This document shows, piece by piece, positions 45,241 to 58,109 of a DNA stretch of 64,000 nt. A model generated the notes under the pieces. The model was not told the origin of the DNA. It saw nothing but the letters and a program-made list of their open reading frames with translations, and did no database searches. The stretch is taken from positions 6,726,208 through 6,790,207 of the forward strand of contig JAZGQO010000014.1 of assembly GCA_036850965.1 (NCBI GenBank). Direction: 5' to 3'. Source of the stretch: Patella caerulea (lineage: Eukaryota). How positions within the stretch are numbered: position 1 is the first letter of the stretch; every line of letters starts with the position of its first letter. The translations under genes and the position numbers were made by a program.

Positions 45241-47124
45241 TTTTATATGCCCACATTTTTATGTTGTCCCCACTGTCAGTCCGTCCATCCACAATTGTTT
45301 GTGAACAGTCTACAGGTCACAATTTTTATCCGATTTGAAAATTGAAATATAGGTTTATCACCCCAAGATTTATAACTCAAAGATCTTGTTTCGTTTCGAT
45401 ATTTGCGCATATCGAATCATAACTTCCTGAATTATGGCCCTGATTGTACAAAAAATCGCCTTTTTTAGCTTGTAGTTCCTCTTGAGGCCAAAATTATTAT
45501 CCGATTCAAAATACCGTCTGATTATGTCACCGTTACACCGTAAAGTGTTCGAATTTCGTGAAAATCGGACCAAAATTGACAGACAAAATGGCCGCCGCTT
45601 TTACGCGAAAAGTGTTAAAATATGGTATGTCAGGGTTGCGAACACTGTAGAGGTCACAATTTTGAACCGAATTTGATGAAACTTGAAATGCATGTCTATA
45701 ATTCAAAGATCTTGGTTCCTTTCGATATTTGCGCATCCCGAATTATGGCCCATGATTATACGAAAAATCACACTTTTAGCTTGTAGAGGTCACAATTTTG
45801 AACCGATTTTGATGAAACTTGACATGTATGCTATAACCCATATTCCTGAAGCAATGGCGCGAGAAATCCCTCTCTTACCATTGCTGGATAGAAGTCATAT
45901 TCTTGAAATTGGGCGGGGCGTGTCTCTTTTTAACGTCCAATCAAATCCCTCCTCTCTTCTCGCATTCGGCATAATTTTCAAAATGGCCCACGAAGAAAAC
46001 ATGTTGGAACTGGATAATCGAGCATAATGAATTTCGCGGGTTATGACGTAAAGTAAACAAGTCGCGATTGTCACTAGATACATTGCGGTAACATATTTTG
46101 AGGTCTGGTTAACCCCGATATTGTTTGTTACAATGCAGGTCATTGATTGGTAATGGCACTACTGACCAATAATAATTGAGCACAACAGTGTTCACTCAAG
46201 ATAGCAGTGTGAAGTGGATTAGTTCTAATCAAACGAAACACTGCGCAGGAGTATGGCTATAACCCGAAGATCTTAGTTTCTTTCGATATTTGGGCCCAAC
46301 GGATCATAACTTCCTGAATTATGGCCCCTATTTGTCCGAAAAATGATCCTTTTTATATTGTGGTCCTTCTGAAGGTCAAAATCATTATCCGATTTAAAAA
46401 AACATTTGATTATATCCTGTTGCTTGGTAATGAAGGCTGAGTTCAAATTTCGTGAAACTTGGACCAAAATTGACCGACAAAATGCGAAAAATATGTTATA
46501 TCCAAGTTGTGGATCCTCTAGAGGTCACAATTTTAATTCGATTTTGATAAAACTTAAAATACATGTTTATAACCTAAAGATCTTGATTCCTTTCCATATT
46601 TGCACATATCGGATTGTAACTTCCTGAATTATTGCTCTGATTGTCCGAAAAATCGCCTTTTATGGCTTGTGGTCCTCTTGGAGGTCACAATTACTCTCCA
46701 ACTTAAAAACCCATTTGATTATATCACTGTTACACCGAAATGAATGTTGAGTTCGAATTTCATGAAAATCAGACCAAAATGGCTGGACAAAATGGCCGCC
46801 GCTTGTACTCGAATAGTGTAACAATATTCTATACCAAGGTTGTGTACCTGAAGAGGTCACAATTTTAATTTGATTTTGATGAAACTTGAAACTGTTTAAG
46901 GTCTTGAGACAAACAAATATATGAATTTTTATAATTGTACAGCTAAATCCATAATATTAAATGTTTCGTATACTAAACGTTAGCATGGGGCAGAACTTTA
47001 TAAAAAAAAAAAACAAATTCTAATGATTTTTGATAATTACGTAATATACGACAACTGTTGTTGACTGCCCGAACGATTTATTTGCTGGTGTGCATATGTT
47101 TCGTTGCCTGGCAACCTATTTTTA
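45241..47124 (+). mobile_element. Family-B MITE copy with a family-A-type tail. Carries a nested 410-bp MITE at 45849-46258
   Basis: Head at 45241 (tatatgcccacatttttatgttgtccccactgtcagtccgtccatccacaattgtttgtgaacagtctacaggtcacaattttt). Tail 46900-47124 (...gactgcccgaacgatttatttgctggtgtgcatatgtttcgttgcctggcaacctatttttaac). Confidence 0.75.
45849..46258 (+). mobile_element. Small MITE (about 410 bp) inserted into a B monomer, with TSD about CTATAACCC and weak TIRs (ATATTCCTG...CAGGAGTATGG)
   Basis: Flanks read catgtatgCTATAACCCa[insert]gCTATAACCCgaagatc. Its 3' part matches 1760-1807. Confidence 0.5.
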
Positions 47125-47313
47125 ACTATTATAGTGAGAACTGCCAACTCTCTTATCTCCCATAATGTATCTTTGAGCGTATATATTTACCTTGCAGTTT
47201 TTAACAGAAATATTGGGGTCATAAGACGATGAACCCTATCTATTTCTCTCTTATCCATCCATCTGTTGGAAAATGTTGGTAGTTGCATAGCAGCTGTTTG
47301 TTTTATATTAAAG

Positions 47314-49113
47314 GGGTAATGGAACTGGGAGCTGTAAGAGATAGTATAAATGAAACAGGAACAGATGATAGCATGGATATAAAAAACAAGAAAGGGGCAA
47401 AGGCAAAAAGTAAAAAAAAGAACCAAAGTATTCAACATTGGAAAGATGAGTCAGATTTGATTTCTGACTTTGAAAGGCCATTGCCAACATCAGCATTTTC
47501 ATTTGGATCAAAGCAACCAACAATTTCTGAAAATAAATCTGGATTTAGTGCAGCTACTACAAATAGTGGATTCTCTGGTTTTGGATCAACGGATTTAACA
47601 TTTGGGGTTGGTACTGGCAGTAAATTAATTGAGGAAGAACTTAAAACACCTGACCATGGTCAATTCTCTGATTTTGGATTAAAAAGGACAACAGAACCAT
47701 TATTTGAGGAAGAACCTAACTATTTTTTTCTTCGATCTAAACAGGCTGAATTCTCTGATTTTGGTTCAGAAAGGTCCAAATTTGAAGCTGATATGGATGG
47801 TGAATTATTTGGATCAAAGCAATCAATTATTTCTGAAAATAAATTTGGTTTTAGTGCAGTTACTACAAGTAGTGGATTCTCTGGTTTTGGATCAACAGGC
47901 TTAACATTTGGGGGTGGGGGTAGTAAAGTATTTGAGAAAGAACTTAAAACATCTGACCAAGGTCAGTTCTCTGATTTTGGATTAAGAAGTACAACACAAC
48001 CATTAATTTCTGAAAAGAAATCTGGATTTAGTGCAGTTACTACAAGAGACAGAGGTGGAGGTGGCAAGGTTGGTGGATCAGTTTTTGAAAAAGCTCGATT
48101 TAGTGCAGTTACTAAAAGTGATGGATTTTTCAGGACGACCACGTCAAGTCGTCAAAGTGTATTTTCTGGTTTTGGATCAACAGACTCAACTTTTGCGGGT
48201 GGTACTGGTAGTAAATTATTTGAGGAAGAACCTAAATCATCTAGATTTGATGTAGTTACTAGAAGTAATGTCAAGGAACAACAGTCTACTAATGATGTAT
48301 TTTCTGGATTTAGAGCTACACAGCATTATGTGCCACCACTACCAGCACCACTACCTTCAACACCAACACACATAGCATCAGACCAAACTTTAATTTCAAC
48401 TGCTGCTCTTCCACCCATGCCCGCTCAAATTATGGAACAGCCACCTCCAACAAAAGCAATAACTAGGACACAGCAGGCCCAGCAGGCCCAGCAGCAACAT
48501 CAATCAATGAGAACTGGTATCCATGTCCTCTCAAATACATTACCACCACCACCACCACCACCACCACCACCTGTAGCATTGCCACCACCACCACCACCTG
48601 TAGCATTGCCACCACCACCACCACCACCACAAGGAACACTACCTTCAACCATAACACCCAAATCAGATCAATATGATTGTTTCATTTCAACTGCTGCTCT
48701 AACTTTGAAACCCCAATCCAGAACAATAACTAAAGCACAAAAGCCACAGCAGCACTATCAACTTAGAGGTACCAGTATTCAGCCACCTTCTCTATCAAAA
48801 TCATTGCAACAACCTGCAGTACAATATTCTTCAACTCAATCCCCTACTGCAATACAACTCCAAAGTACACCAGTACCATCAAGTACACCACCCCCACCTA
48901 TTAATGCGCTATCTTGTAGAGGAAGATCATCAGCAACTACATCCAAAATGAAGAAATCTTCTATACCACCACCACCGCCAGTACCAGCATCTATAGATAC
49001 AGATCAGAGTTTACAACTACTAGCCCTATGCAACGCACGTGGTCCTCCATTTACTAGTAGTGAACGTTTTTTAAAAGCCCAACCAGAAGAAATACACAAT
49101 AAATTGAGTACAG
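47314..49113 (+). CDS. PARP4: PARP4-like exon 31: 1.8 kb exon encoding FG-repeat modules, a Q-rich patch and poly-Pro tracts
   Basis: Same frame as ORF 47283..49148 (621 aa). Acceptor ttttatattaaAG at 47312-13. Donor CAG|GTAACT at 49114. Phase 1 in and phase 1 out, linking exon 30 to exon 32 in frame. Holds three modules of about 100 aa each, with the pattern FGSKQ.ISENK.GFSA.TT.SGFSGFGST.LTFG.G.GSK..E.ELKT.D.GQFSDFGL. Then QQAQQAQQQHQ. Then LPPPPPPPPPPVALPPPPPPVALPPPPPPPQG. Confidence 0.55.
47480..48250 (+). repeat. Coding tandem repeat of about 300 nt x2.5 inside PARP4 exon 31 (FG-repeat modules)
   Basis: Near-identical blocks: tttggatcaaagcaaccaacaatttctgaaaataaatctggatttagtgcag... (47500) and tttggatcaaagcaatcaattatttctgaaaataaatttggttttagtgcag... 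(47800), with a partial third at 48110-48250. Confidence 0.8.
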
Positions 49114-49122
49114 GTAACTGCT

Positions 49123-49820
49123 TTTATTATACGTCAAGATGGAAATGAGGTTGTATATTGTTGTCGCCCCTGTCCCTCCGTCCGTCTGTTGTCCACAATT
49201 CTTACAGAATACATTGATAATCTGATTGTTATCAAATTGATATGTCGTTTACATTAGTGAGATAAAGAAGCCTATTTAATTTCAGTTAGTTTCTTCTGAA
49301 GTTATTTCTCTTGTTTCCCTTTTTTGCACCTTGTGAAAGTTCCAACAACAAAAGTGAAACCAAGAATCCTACTGAATTTCCTTCAATTACTTCAGTTATG
49401 GCCCTTGTTTCACTTTGTTGAAGCTTGTGAACACTCAAACAATAACAATTATCATCTGAACTTTATAAAATGTAAATACATCATTTCAATTAGTGAGACG
49501 AAGAATTCTGTGGAACTTCAGCAATTTCCATTTAAATGACAAAAGTTATCTAATCTAATCTGTAGGAAATTTATATATGCAGTATTCAAATTAGTAAAAC
49601 AAAACAGCTTGACCAATTTCAATAATCTCGGTACATTACTTCCAGAGTTAAGGCTCTTGTTTCAGTTGAACCATTAAATGACGAAAATTATAATATCATC
49701 TGTATGAAATTATCCTGTTAAGACTCCTACTTACCTACAAAAGAATAAATATGCGACAGCCCTTGTTGATCGATTTATCTGCTGTGGACATATGGTTTGT
49801 TGCCTGCAAACCTATCTTTT
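49123..49820 (+). mobile_element. Diverged family-A MITE copy beginning about 10 bp downstream of the exon 31 donor
   Basis: Head-like ttttattatacgtcaagatggaaatgaggttgtatattgttgtcgcccctgtccctccgtccgtctg at 49123-49190. Diverged about 150-bp monomers (gtgagataaagaagcctatttaatttcag...ttatggcccttgtttcac). Tail fragment 49740-49820 (gcgacagcccttgttgatcgatttatctgctgtggacatatggtttgttgcctgcaaacctatctttta). Confidence 0.55.
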
Positions 49821-51557
49821 ATGTTTACACAGTCAATAATTTCGAGGAATAATCAATTCTTTTTAAGAAATCCAAATTCAAATTAGTTCAAAACTATTAT
49901 GAGTTATTTCAGAATGGTAATCAAAAACATGGCTATAAAAATATCATATTAAGGACATATAAAGATATTCTGGTTCTCAGACAATCCTTTCAAACAATCT
50001 GAACTGGCAGTGAGATTTTTATTTTTGTGTTTCTATTTGTTCAACAGATCATAAGACTAAACGACTTTAAAGGAAACATGACATTTTAAGGTGGTACATT
50101 TACCTCATTTGTTTTTTCATGCAGTTCAATTAATTGTATTTGGGTAACATATCTAAAAATTGCTTCTAATTTACTTTAAATACTCATATAAACAGTAAAT
50201 AATTGTTTCATTTGGTTCTAATGTGAATGTTGCTCTTTCCACCTCTTACCTGCATTCTGCATGACATCATGTATCAGTGATTTTCATGATAATTATTATC
50301 AACAAAAAATGCACTTAAAAGATCTATAAAATTAAGCAGATGTAATGATAAGACTGAATCAGTCTACAATTGTCCTGTTTAAGATTGTTTTAAAAACATT
50401 TATCAGCAATATTTAAAGATGCATTCCAACAAGAATATTTATAGGGTATTTATGGAAAGTAAAGACACTCAATCGTGATATAGAAATACAGGATTCCCAG
50501 AAAAATACCCATGTGATGCCCACAGGACAAAAATTTAAGGGTGTCCCTAACAATCAGCGTAAATGAGCCCTTTCCATGGTGTTGATCTATTGGCCAACAG
50601 TTTTGAGAACAGTGAACTTTTGGATAGTTAAATTAGGTTGAATATGTTTATATTTTTTTATCATATCACAGTTTAAGTTTAGTAATCAATCACAATATTT
50701 TTATTTCTTACCGGTATTGTTATCCACTGTCTGTATACACCCATTCATCATACTTTGAGGGGCTTTAATTAGCTCTATCTGCTTCTAAGATGAAAAAAAT
50801 TTCAAACACAGCGTAAATGTTTATTACGTGAATATCATGACTCAGTTTGATGATGAACATAGACACAATAGCTCTGCTAGTAATTGACGTTGATTGTTCA
50901 AACTTGATGTCAATGATGGGCATTTTCTGCTTAGGCTAAATACATGAAATACAATGAATCTGCTTTAATTGTGGTAGAATGGTCAAACTTAATGTAGATA
51001 TTTGTTAGAACCTGACTGAGTTTGATGATGAACATTTTCTGCTAAAGCTAAACAAATATAAACAATTTGATTGGGTGAGAAATTAGAACACAATAACGTT
51101 GCTTCTATTTGAGAAATTGGTATTTTGGAGCATCTTGTAAGGAACAGCGTCTAGACAATTGGGATGCCTAACTTCATTAGGCATTTCACTGCATATTATT
51201 CATTTCTTTTAAGTGTAGAAGTTTATGAAGTCAGTATCTGTGTAATCTATTTTTAAAGTTTGGCAGCCCTTATGGCATACAAAAAGGTGCCCTTCTGGCA
51301 TTGGAAGTGGGGACCAGCTTACAAGTATTTTTATTGTCAGACGGCGTCATGATATTTTGATAACAATCCTATTGCCATCTTTATGTTTCACAAAATCTAA
51401 TTGATGGTCCTGTTTTTAATCCTGATTGATATTTTGATTTTTTAATCTTAATGAAGTGTTTGATAATTTCAAAAAAAATGAAAGTCACACATCAGTCCAT
51501 TTTTCCTATTGATCTGATTATGTCATTGAAAGTTCAACCTAGTATTTATTTTAACAG

Positions 51558-51847
51558 CAAGCAGTCAACCTAGATTTAGAAGGCAGGAAGAAAAACTTCC
51601 ACGCTATGCAGCACAAGAATGGTCAGTAAATGACATGGAAGGGAAGATGTTAAGCAATGATGAAGAGGAAAAATTAAACAGTTCTATTCATGAGTTGGCA
51701 TGCAAACCCATGAAGAAGCGAAAATTTAACCTACCAACTTATTCCAGTGAAACAACGCAGTTTGGAATAGGATTTGATATACCATCTATTTGTGTTTACG
51801 AGAAGACGACATTCAATTTAGAAAAATTACTCATGTTACAAGAGAAG
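51558..51847 (+). CDS. PARP4: PARP4-like exon 32 (start of the conserved C-terminal region)
   Basis: Same frame as ORF 51635..51859. ...DIPSICVYEKTTFNLEKLLMLQEK resembles human ...QDAVPWTELLSLQTE. Acceptor ttttaacAG. Donor AAG|GTAAAA. Phase 1 in, phase 0 out. Confidence 0.7.
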
Positions 51848-52613
51848 GTAAAATATTAATGTTATGTGAAATATTAATATATACAGTTTAATTTCATTGG
51901 GTTATGTCAAGGTCAGCTGTCACGTTTGTCGCTGGATTTATCCTCCCAATTTATAATTTTGAAAAAGACAGATACAAAATCCTTCTGGCAAATATGCAAC
52001 AATAATTGACACAATTAAAGACCGAATACATACACAAAGAATTCTCATTCTTTTTAAATTGTTTTGCTTGTGGTCTCTGAGTGCGATGTTTTGTCCATGT
52101 ATTTGTGTAGAATTGTGTGTGGTGCAGTCCCCCGCAGTTACTAAATGGAGTACATAGAGTGTCATATATAGTAAAAAAAATTTTGTTTGTGTTATTTTTG
52201 TTATTTTTACTTGTTCGAAGAACAGAGATAAACAATAAATTTAGTTCTAATTAAGTGAAAGTGACGAAACTTGATGTGTAGATTCATTAAGTCAATACCT
52301 TGACTAAGTTTGACTGAATTGCATGACAACTCGGCCCAAAGACCACTTGGATTAGTTGAACCTTATCCAAATGTAATTATAATGTGAAAAAAAGAAATCT
52401 TGGTCCAAGTGGTCTATCAGCTAGTCTGACTGATCAATTGGTTGGTCCAACTGGTCTTGGTCTGCAGCATGGTCTTTGATCTGAGTTGTCTGGTTACCAT
52501 TTGATTATGCCAACTGTTGTATGTCTAGTCTAATGACTCATCAATAAATGCTTGTATGTTGCAACTATTCAACAGCTTATTGTGTCTTCTGATATATTTA
52601 TTTTATAATACAG

Positions 52614-52713
52614 GAAGGTTATTGGAAATTTGGGAAAGAGTTCAATGATTTACTTGGTGTTAATGAAGATAAATGTAGACTACTATTGTATAGTTGTGGT
52701 ATCCGATCTCTTG
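52614..52713 (+). CDS. PARP4: PARP4-like exon 33 (vault-binding C-terminal region)
   Basis: EGYWKFGKEFNDLLGVNEDKCRLLLYSCGIRSLG resembles human DGFWKLTPELGLILNLNTNGLHSFLKQKGIQSLG. Acceptor tacAG. Donor G|GTATGT. Confidence 0.85.
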
Positions 52714-53459
52714 GTATGTTAAACTTTATTTAGAAGCATCTTATTTTGTTTCTCAAACATGTTAGAACAAAGCATTCTGTCAGCACAAATCACGTACAAC
52801 TGTCTATTCCGTAATCACATTTTGTTGAAAGGGGGCTCAATCTTATATTGCTGAACGAAGCAATGTTGTGATGTGATAATTCACGATGAAATATATCTTG
52901 ATCAACTTTGGAGGCTAGAAATCAAGTTTCCTTCAAATTTCAAGAGGGCATCATTCTATAAATGTTTTAACCCAATTCTAAATAGGCCTATTAGACTAAT
53001 ATAGCATATTCCCGAATTAGTTGTTAGAAACATTTTTAGCTTATCAATCATTACTCCACAAGTGCTGTTTCAGTAGTTATCTTTCTCTGGGTCCAGATCC
53101 TGATTCCACTTATAACTTAAGTATACCTAACATGATTATAATATCTCTAGGAACTGGACATGTGTACACTATATATATATCTTGATGCAGTCCTCTGGAG
53201 ATGTCAACTCACAGTTTATCTGTTAAGACTCTCAGACAAATGAAACAATATCACTCGTAATTGCAATCATGATTAGAAAGCTATTTATTATTAAGGTTTT
53301 CAATGGTATTACTTCAGGAATATGACATAGTGGAGAAAACTTTTACTTTAGAGAAAGATTTCTGAAGTAATACGACCCGTCTGTGCAAGCGAATTATTGA
53401 AATAGCATTGAACCATGTGTTAGTTTCAAAATGACCTAGTTTGTGTTGAGTGGAGGTTA

Positions 53460-53590
53460 AACCCCATCTCTCTTTCTCGCTAATGAGGGCATTCCAGTTT
53501 CAATCCTTGTGTAGGCAGAGAAAGTTTTTTAGGATTTTCCAGTCTGGTTTCAAAAGTGCAAGACAAGGCCTTGCTAGGGAAAGCATCTAG
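53460..53590 (+). mobile_element. tRNA-derived SINE, family 2 copy, about 200 bp upstream of the last PARP4 exon
   Basis: ccagtttcaatccttgtgtaggcagagaaagttttttaggattttccagtctggtttc. Confidence 0.5.
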
Positions 53591-53796
53591 CTAGTCTTTC
53601 AGATGGTACAAAAACCCTGGGGTCCTGTATACACAATGACATGACCATAAAAGTTGGAATTCGAAGAGTATTCATTAACGTTACATTGTAGGCAAAATTT
53701 CCCTCGTATGCATGCTGTATGCCTGTCACTAACCCTGTTGGCGCAGACAAATTGGACATTAAACCCCATTTGATTTCATTTGTTCTTACATTTTAG

Positions 53797-54182
53797 GTGA
53801 AAAAGTAACTAAGGATATCATGAATCTGTTGTCAACACTTATAGCTCTGATTCGTATTCTAGAGGATTTATTAAGTCATGTACAGCCTCAAAAGGAAAGC
53901 CCTTCATGGAAAACCCTGCTTCAGAATTCCTCAGATAGAATGTTGCTTATCGATCAGCTTGATTCTAATGATGCCCAAGAAACCTGTGAGTCCATAGATA
54001 AAGCAATACAATTTTACAATACTACAAATGATAAATACCCATTGGTATATTACACACTTGAATTAGGTGATGACTGGATTACTATTGCAACCAAATTGTT
54101 AGGGACATACAGGGCCAGTGCTACTGTTAAACCATGTATGCCGTTAAGGGAGCAGACCTCAGAGGGATGGTGTGTATACTAA
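53797..54182 (+). CDS. PARP4: PARP4-like exon 34, terminal exon with stop codon
   Basis: Same frame as ORF 53820..54182. MNLLSTLIALIRILEDLLSH resembles human LDLIATMLVLQFIRTRLEKEG. YPLVYYTLELGDDWITIATKLLG resembles human YPSICPRLELGNDWDSATKQLLG. Stop TAA at 54180-82. Confidence 0.85.
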
Positions 54183-56779
54183 TCCATGAGAGATTTTTTT
54201 TTGTAGTTGAGAAAAACGATATTTTCTTTAAAAAAAAAATTTTTTTTAAATTTTAAATGTAGATCTAGGTAGTTGACCTTGCACCAGACCTAGGAATATA
54301 TTCTCCATTACTGTTTAAATTTATAGTAATCATTGTGAAGTCATATCTTTCAATTTTGATATATATTTAGGAATACGTCATTTCAGATGTTTTGTATGAC
54401 TTTTAAGAGTTTATTTTCTGCAACAATTTTATATATAAGCTATTTATATCAACATAGTACTGTTAATACATAAGAATCAGTTTTTTTTCGTTAGATAACA
54501 GTACCAGGGTAGTATATATTTTAAAATATTAATGCACCGCACCACGTGGTTTGTTGTTTATTAGATATATTTTTTCATATATAAATATTTTTTGTTTTAT
54601 TGTTATCAGTTTTATTTAAAATATGTTGATGTTTTTATTAAAGCAGGGACCAGACAGGGAATAAGGATTTAATATTTTAATGTTTACCAAATTGCTTTAT
54701 TTTTTTTTATATTTTCTTTATAAATTTCATACATATATGTCTTCTGTATGTTAGTATATATAATATGTAACCATAGACAATGATAGCTATATCCAATTAA
54801 AACCACAGTGTTACTGTATAAATATGTATGCTGTCCATCTATATATGCAATGACATTATTTATAAATAGTCCCAAGACCAATGAAAAGTACTTTAAAATG
54901 CTATTAAACCAGTGTTGAAGTCAGTTTGTGTCAGCATACTTTTTATTTATCTTTTCATCGTTTACCGTGAAACAAAGTAGTGCAACTTTACAGTTGTGCT
55001 AATATTTTTGAATATATATATATTTTTTAAACAAAACATCTTTCACATTATGTGATTATTGATTTATCAAGACACTGAAGAACAAAAAATCATATTGGTG
55101 TGTCCCAACCGTGATGTTATTGAGATTTACTTGCACTCAAATTGAAATTTGCGGGAAAAACATTAGCATAAAATGCAGTTTTATTTATATATATGTAGAT
55201 AAATTAAAGATGGCTAAAGAAAACAACTTTTTTTATGCTAACGTTTTCACCTAGATATCGACTCTTCAGTCATTTATTAGACAATAATTCAATTAACAAT
55301 AGTCTGTCAAAATGTAAGAGTAACTTAAAAGGGATAGATAAATTGAGAATATCCTAAAAGTGTTTTTTGATATCAAAAAATGTCAACACAAGTTGTAAAG
55401 GTAAAAAAAAGAAACAAGGTTTTGCCGTGTAACTTGAAAGGGATATATAGATAATATCCGATGAGTATTTTTTGATATCAAAAAAGACAAGTAGGAGATT
55501 TTCTTTCTTACATGCACAAATAAATAAATATATTTCTTTCCCATAGATTTCACTTTTACTGAACCTGATTACATTACGGTGCAACAATTGCTAAGTTTTT
55601 TTATATTGACCCAGTTTTTCCATCAAAGCCAATCAAATAGAAATAATTCATTTTTAATAAATAACAGAAAATTCATTCCTTATATTTTGTTATATTTATT
55701 GTTGTTTATTGAGATTTTTATTAGAAATTTTATGCTGACAGATTATGTAATATTTTTGTAGATTAAAGACTGTATGTCACCTGCCAATATATTACACACT
55801 CTTATTCTTATCACTAAACTCATGTTCAATTGCTGTCATTCAAATTCAATATATTGTAAACACCTGTAGCTGTTATCCATAAATATGTGTTTTTAGTCTA
55901 CCCAGTTACCATTTAAAGATTATTGTAACACATGTAGTATTATTTACTACTCTGTCTAGTTACATGTATATGTAATGCCTTTAATAGTTTATAAATTTAA
56001 AGCGATAATTTCATATTTTCAAAGAAAGTTAAAACATAATTATTTCGAAGGCCTTTGGTCAATAAGTTGTCAACTCACTACTATACGATCATACGCATTA
56101 TTCCCCACTCTTATAACTCATTAACACAGGAAATGATAACACAATTACCTCTCTTGTTTCTCTATTGCCCCCATGCAATAGCTGTCTTCAAACGTTTGAA
56201 TTTGAATTTGAAAATGACATTTTTGCCAATTTCTCAACTGGCAATAGTGAATGATAGGATTAATAGGATTATTATTTGACAATGTGGGACTGTTTATAGA
56301 TACCATCTATTTTAAGGCTTTATTTTAATTAATTTTCAAAATATAACCCAAAAATATGAAATTGCAGCTTCAAATATTTTCTACTTTCTAGACTATTATT
56401 TGGCCCTGGAGCTCCATGTAATCAATGGTCTAAACAACTGTTAATGACCAAAAAGGCAATTCACTATAGATATTTGTTAGTTGTTTTGGTACAACTTCAG
56501 GAGTTATAGGATTATGATGAGTTGTTTAAGACTGAGATATAGTTGACTTTGGCATGGTATTGTATATATAGTTTAAACCTGTGATATCAATTGTTTTGTA
56601 CTATATTTAGTATAAACATGTTTTTATGTGCTTGTGAAGGTATATTGTCTCACTTAACCATAAAACTAAATTAGTTCTATGTCTTAACATCCAGAATTTA
56701 TGAATATTCCACAGGTATTATTCATTGGAACATCAGGAAGTTCAGGAGATTTTTTGAGAGCAATTCATGGAATTATCAG

Positions 56780-57230
56780 CGCCCCCCCCCCCCCTAATTG
56801 TCGACAGTGCCCTTTTGTACTGCTGAAAGTGCCTTTTCTCCGATCCAAATATGTCCCTTCCGAACATTTACTAAAGCGAAAATAGCAACCAAATAGCTCT
56901 TGGAAAGGCTACAGATGCAAGGAAATGATGGATAATTTTCTTGGGGGGACCCCAAATAGCTCTTGGAAAGGCTACAGATGCAAGGAAATTTCGGGTTTAC
57001 AAACAGCGGCGCTGGTCTTCCTCGAGAGGCGAAGGATCGGAGCTTACCATGTATGGACCCCCCCCCACATCCCCCAAAAGAACATTTTGGGATATTTGAT
57101 GGCTGCCAACGCCAACACATTTTCCTGCTATTTAAGGCCGTGAATAGAGCAACTTGACATTTACGGCTGGCCCCCGGATCCATTCACTTGATGTAGTGCG
57201 GTCCTCCTGCACTTACTATTAAAGTGGTCT
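56780..57230. repeat. GC-rich repetitive block. Contains C13 and C10 homopolymers, a 60-bp tandem duplication (56880-56995) and a family-1 SINE fragment (57150-57230)
   Basis: gcCCCCCCCCCCCCCta at 56782-56794. Duplicated aaatagctcttggaaaggctacagatgcaaggaaat. ORF 56794..57183 (-) contains the duplicated peptide FPCICSLSKSYL and is treated as a repeat artefact. Confidence 0.6.
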
Positions 57231-58109
57231 AATATAGCCTAATTAACGTGGCTGACTCGAATTCCAATCAATAGTTTACAGAAGACAGGGCTGTTGGGTT
57301 AAATTTTGAAAATTTAACAGCCGCAGACAGGTTTTTCTGCTATTCCAGGTTGTGAATACAGTAACTTAAATGTGGTCGAATATAGCCTACTTTATGGCTG
57401 ACCCGAATTCCAAACAACCAATCAATCGTCGCGGGTATGGGGGCCTCACCCTCCCGGAGAAAATTTTGAAATTTTAGCCACCGCACCTCCAAAAGTATCC
57501 AATTGTTGTGTTTCCCAAATGCCATGCTGAATTCCAACCATTACACTGTTGCAGATGCATTCACAAATAATAATCGAGGCCCCCAAAAATGTCGCACAAA
57601 GTAGAGTCAACTCAGTACAAATTTGTGGTATTCAACTAAAAGAAAAGGAAAATCAGTGTTTTATTAGGGCTCGGTGACAGGGAAGCATAACTAGAAATGC
57701 CCGAAAAAATTCCAGGTTTACAGACTGCGGCGCTGTTTTTTTTTGAAAGGCAAAGAAGCGGGGCGGACTTACAAGCTTATATTGAGACTTAATTTACCAT
57801 ACATTTCAGAAAAAGCAGTGTTAACATGAGAAGTGAGGGAACGCGAGGTTGTGGAAGGATGAATATCGATAGGGTTTGTCTCTATCAAGTTCTCTTATAG
57901 TGCCGACTGAACTTTCACACACTGAAAGTTGTAGATGTTGCATTAAGTTGTATGGTACACTAGTCTTCAAAATTAAATAATTTTTATTCAAGAATGAAAA
58001 AGCAACTTGATAATTACATTAACCATTCCTTGAAAATAACAAAACACAATAACAATAGGAATGTATTTCAATCTCTTATTTTATCTTCAAATGTGGAAGA
58101 AAAAAAAAA

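Noticed and set aside
56794-57183. 129-aa minus-strand ORF with the duplicated peptide FPCICSLSKSYL
   Set aside because: It overlaps a GC-rich repetitive block with a 60-bp tandem duplication, poly-C tracts and SINE fragments. There is no coherent gene structure.
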